Below are positions 62,484-64,000 of a stretch of DNA of 64,000 nucleotides, one piece after another. The position numbers and the translations under genes are program-made. The stretch spans positions 206,384 through 270,383 of IMG/VR virus record IMGVR_UViG_3300020165_000007; one strand, 5' to 3'. The notes beneath the pieces are model-generated. The model searched no databases, had not been told where the DNA came from, and worked only from the letters and a program-made list of their open reading frames with translations. How positions within the stretch are numbered: the stretch's first letter is position 1; every line of letters starts with the position of its first letter.

Positions 62484-64000
62484 TTAGGTGGCTGCCTGGC
62501 AACAGTCACCTTCATCGGATATACCTCCACCCGCTGATGGTGTAAATGTTATACTAGATAATTCCACACATCCAGGTATAGTATAGAAAGTTTGTACTAA
62601 ATCACCCGCCTCTAGTACATGTGATATTACGGTTGACTCTCCACATAAAGTCCATTGGTATGTTATATCAGTTCCTCCACCCATTGCACCCGCATCACCA
62701 TATGTGTTTTTAACCACTAATCCACTTCTACATCCACATGATTGAGTCTGCACTGATAGGTGTGTTCCGTTTTGTTGTCCTGACCCATCGGAGACTGTAT
62801 ACATAGTACCGTCTGTAACTGTGCCAGTAACTACCTTAACACAACTAATACCCACATTATAACTTGAACTCGTAGTGTACCCATTAATATTACTACCTGA
62901 GAACACATTACCAGTACTATAGTCAACTCCCGTTTGAGGGTTATATATCCATGATATTACTACGCCAGAATCGTCACAAGGTTCTACCGATGCCACACAT
63001 CTGTTACATCTATTATCATCACAAGCATTGTTTGCTACTTGAGTATTCCAACCGCTCAGCTGAGTGTTATCAATCGTAACAGTATTATCATAATTAAACG
63101 AGCTAACACATATCTCAGGGTCTTCAGTGGTATCAATTAATCCATGACCAATATTAATAATATGACCAAACGAACTAAATAAAGCTCCCTGAGTACTAAA
63201 TGGTGCTACATATGATGGACTACCAACAACATCGCAACAAGGTTTAAACGTATATCTACATCCAGAGCTAGTTCCGATTATAGTTACCGCAGCTGCGACT
63301 GCAATTTCACATGAAGCATATGGGTCTGACACATCTGTATAATAATTCACCGTCCCTATTGGTGTTGCACTAGCAGTTTCTATCTCATATGAATGACCAT
63401 CTATTATAATAAAGTCTCCACTTGAAAGTCCTTGTGCTGGTAGTGCGACTGAACCTCCACCTGGTACAGTAACCGGAGTATCTGTAGAATCACAACATAT
63501 AGTAAGTTTAGTTACGTAAATCCATTCAAAACTAGATGTTGGTGTAACCGTAGGCGTAATCGATGGTGTAATCGATGGTGTTGCGGTTATTGATGGTGTT
63601 GCCGTTATCGATGGAGTGGCAGTGATTGATGGAGTTGCGGTAATCGAAGGAGTTACTGATGGTGTTGCAGTTATCGATGGAGTTGCTGTTATCGATGGAG
63701 TGGCAGTGATTGATGGAGTTGCGGTAATCGAAGGAGTTACTGATGGTGTTGCTGTTATCGATGGAGTTGCTGTTATCGATGGAGTGGCGGTGATTGATGG
63801 AGTTGCGGTAATCGAAGGAGTTACTGATGGTGTTGCAGTTATCGATGGAGTTGCTGTTATCGATGGAGTGGCGGTGATTGATGGAGTTGCGGTAATCGAA
63901 GGAGTTACTGATGGTGTTGCTGTTATCGATGGAGTTGCTGTTATCGATGGAGTGGCGGTGATTGATGGAGTTGCGGTAATCGAAGGAGTTACTGATGGTG
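62484..64000 (-). CDS. Cys-rich putative virion protein with long TPSITA linker; 5' end lies outside the window
   Basis: The frame stays open from the track's GTG at 63350 through the repeat to the window edge. Confidence 0.8.
   Translation of the reverse strand, partial: PSVTPSITATPSITATPSITATPSITATPSVTPSITATPSITATPSITATPSITATPSVTPSITATPSITATPSITATPSITATPSVTPSITATPSITATPSITATPSITATPSVTPSITATPSITATPSITATPSITATPSITPSITPTVTPTSSFEWIYVTKLTICCDSTDTPVTVPGGGSVALPAQGLSSGDFIIIDGHSYEIETASATPIGTVNYYTDVSDPYASCEIAVAAAVTIIGTSSGCRYTFKPCCDVVGSPSYVAPFSTQGALFSSFGHIINIGHGLIDTTEDPEICVSSFNYDNTVTIDNTQLSGWNTQVANNACDDNRCNRCVASVEPCDDSGVVISWIYNPQTGVDYSTGNVFSGSNINGYTTSSSYNVGISCVKVVTGTVTDGTMYTVSDGSGQQNGTHLSVQTQSCGCRSGLVVKNTYGDAGAMGGGTDITYQWTLCGESTVISHVLEAGDLVQTFYTIPGCVELSSITFTPSAGGGISDEGDCCQAAT
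63541..64000. repeat. Coding tandem repeat: 18-nt TPSITA units in an 84-nt higher-order repeat
   Basis: ATTGATGGAGTTGCGGTA recurs at 63625, 63709, 63793, 63877 and 63961. Confidence 0.95.

Noticed and set aside
63541-64000. CRISPR array
   Set aside because: No unique spacers; units are in-frame multiples of 3 encoding TPSITA.
1-64000. Stop-codon reassignment as in Lak or some crAss-like phages
   Set aside because: Long genes (TBDR, SbcC, pckA) are intact under the standard code, and TAG ends genes at sensible places (e.g. 18852).
1-64000. tRNA or rRNA genes
   Set aside because: No cloverleaf or rRNA signature recognised by eye; the GTTCGA near 3250 lacks the other arms. tRNAscan-SE would be decisive.
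1-64000. Eukaryotic giant virus (NCLDV) origin suggested by SET, LRR and MGCGC proteins
   Set aside because: Sigma70, bacterial terminators, Bacteroidota promoters, TBDR and amidase point to a bacteriophage; no NCLDV core genes were seen.

Overview
AT-rich, gene-dense, mostly minus-strand segment that reads as part of a large (probably jumbo/huge) tailed phage of Bacteroidota, likely Flavobacteria-like hosts. The host inference rests on repeated TAnnTTTG promoter motifs, a Bacteroidota-type sigma70, a TonB-dependent receptor, a T9SS-like C-terminal domain and SprB-like repeats. Contents: nucleotide and DNA metabolism (thyA, dCMP deaminase, prs, SbcCD/Mre11-Rad50, primase, RuvC, PD-(D/E)XK nucleases, four DNA methyltransferase-type genes including a two-part type IIG-like RM system), many host-type metabolic genes (pckA, type II glutamine synthetase, cysK, rfbB, PiT-like permease plus outer-membrane barrel, thioredoxin, glutaredoxin, DnaJ), an amidase, and putative virion genes at the right end. 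Most notable: (1) an ~850-nt structured ncRNA candidate with its own promoter and terminator (GOLLD size class); (2) otherwise mostly unrelated proteins sharing an N-terminal (I/L)xE-ending leader, copied at DNA level in two genes and tied to a second upstream motif TATTTAT, suggesting a capsid-targeting and late-expression cassette; (3) an 11-bp-period Pho-box-like repeat before the phosphate-permease operon; (4) a degenerate MetK-fold protein; (5) SET-domain and Hc1-like genes in one viral genome. No CRISPR array, rRNA or tRNA was recognised. All family assignments come from motif recognition by eye, not from database searches.
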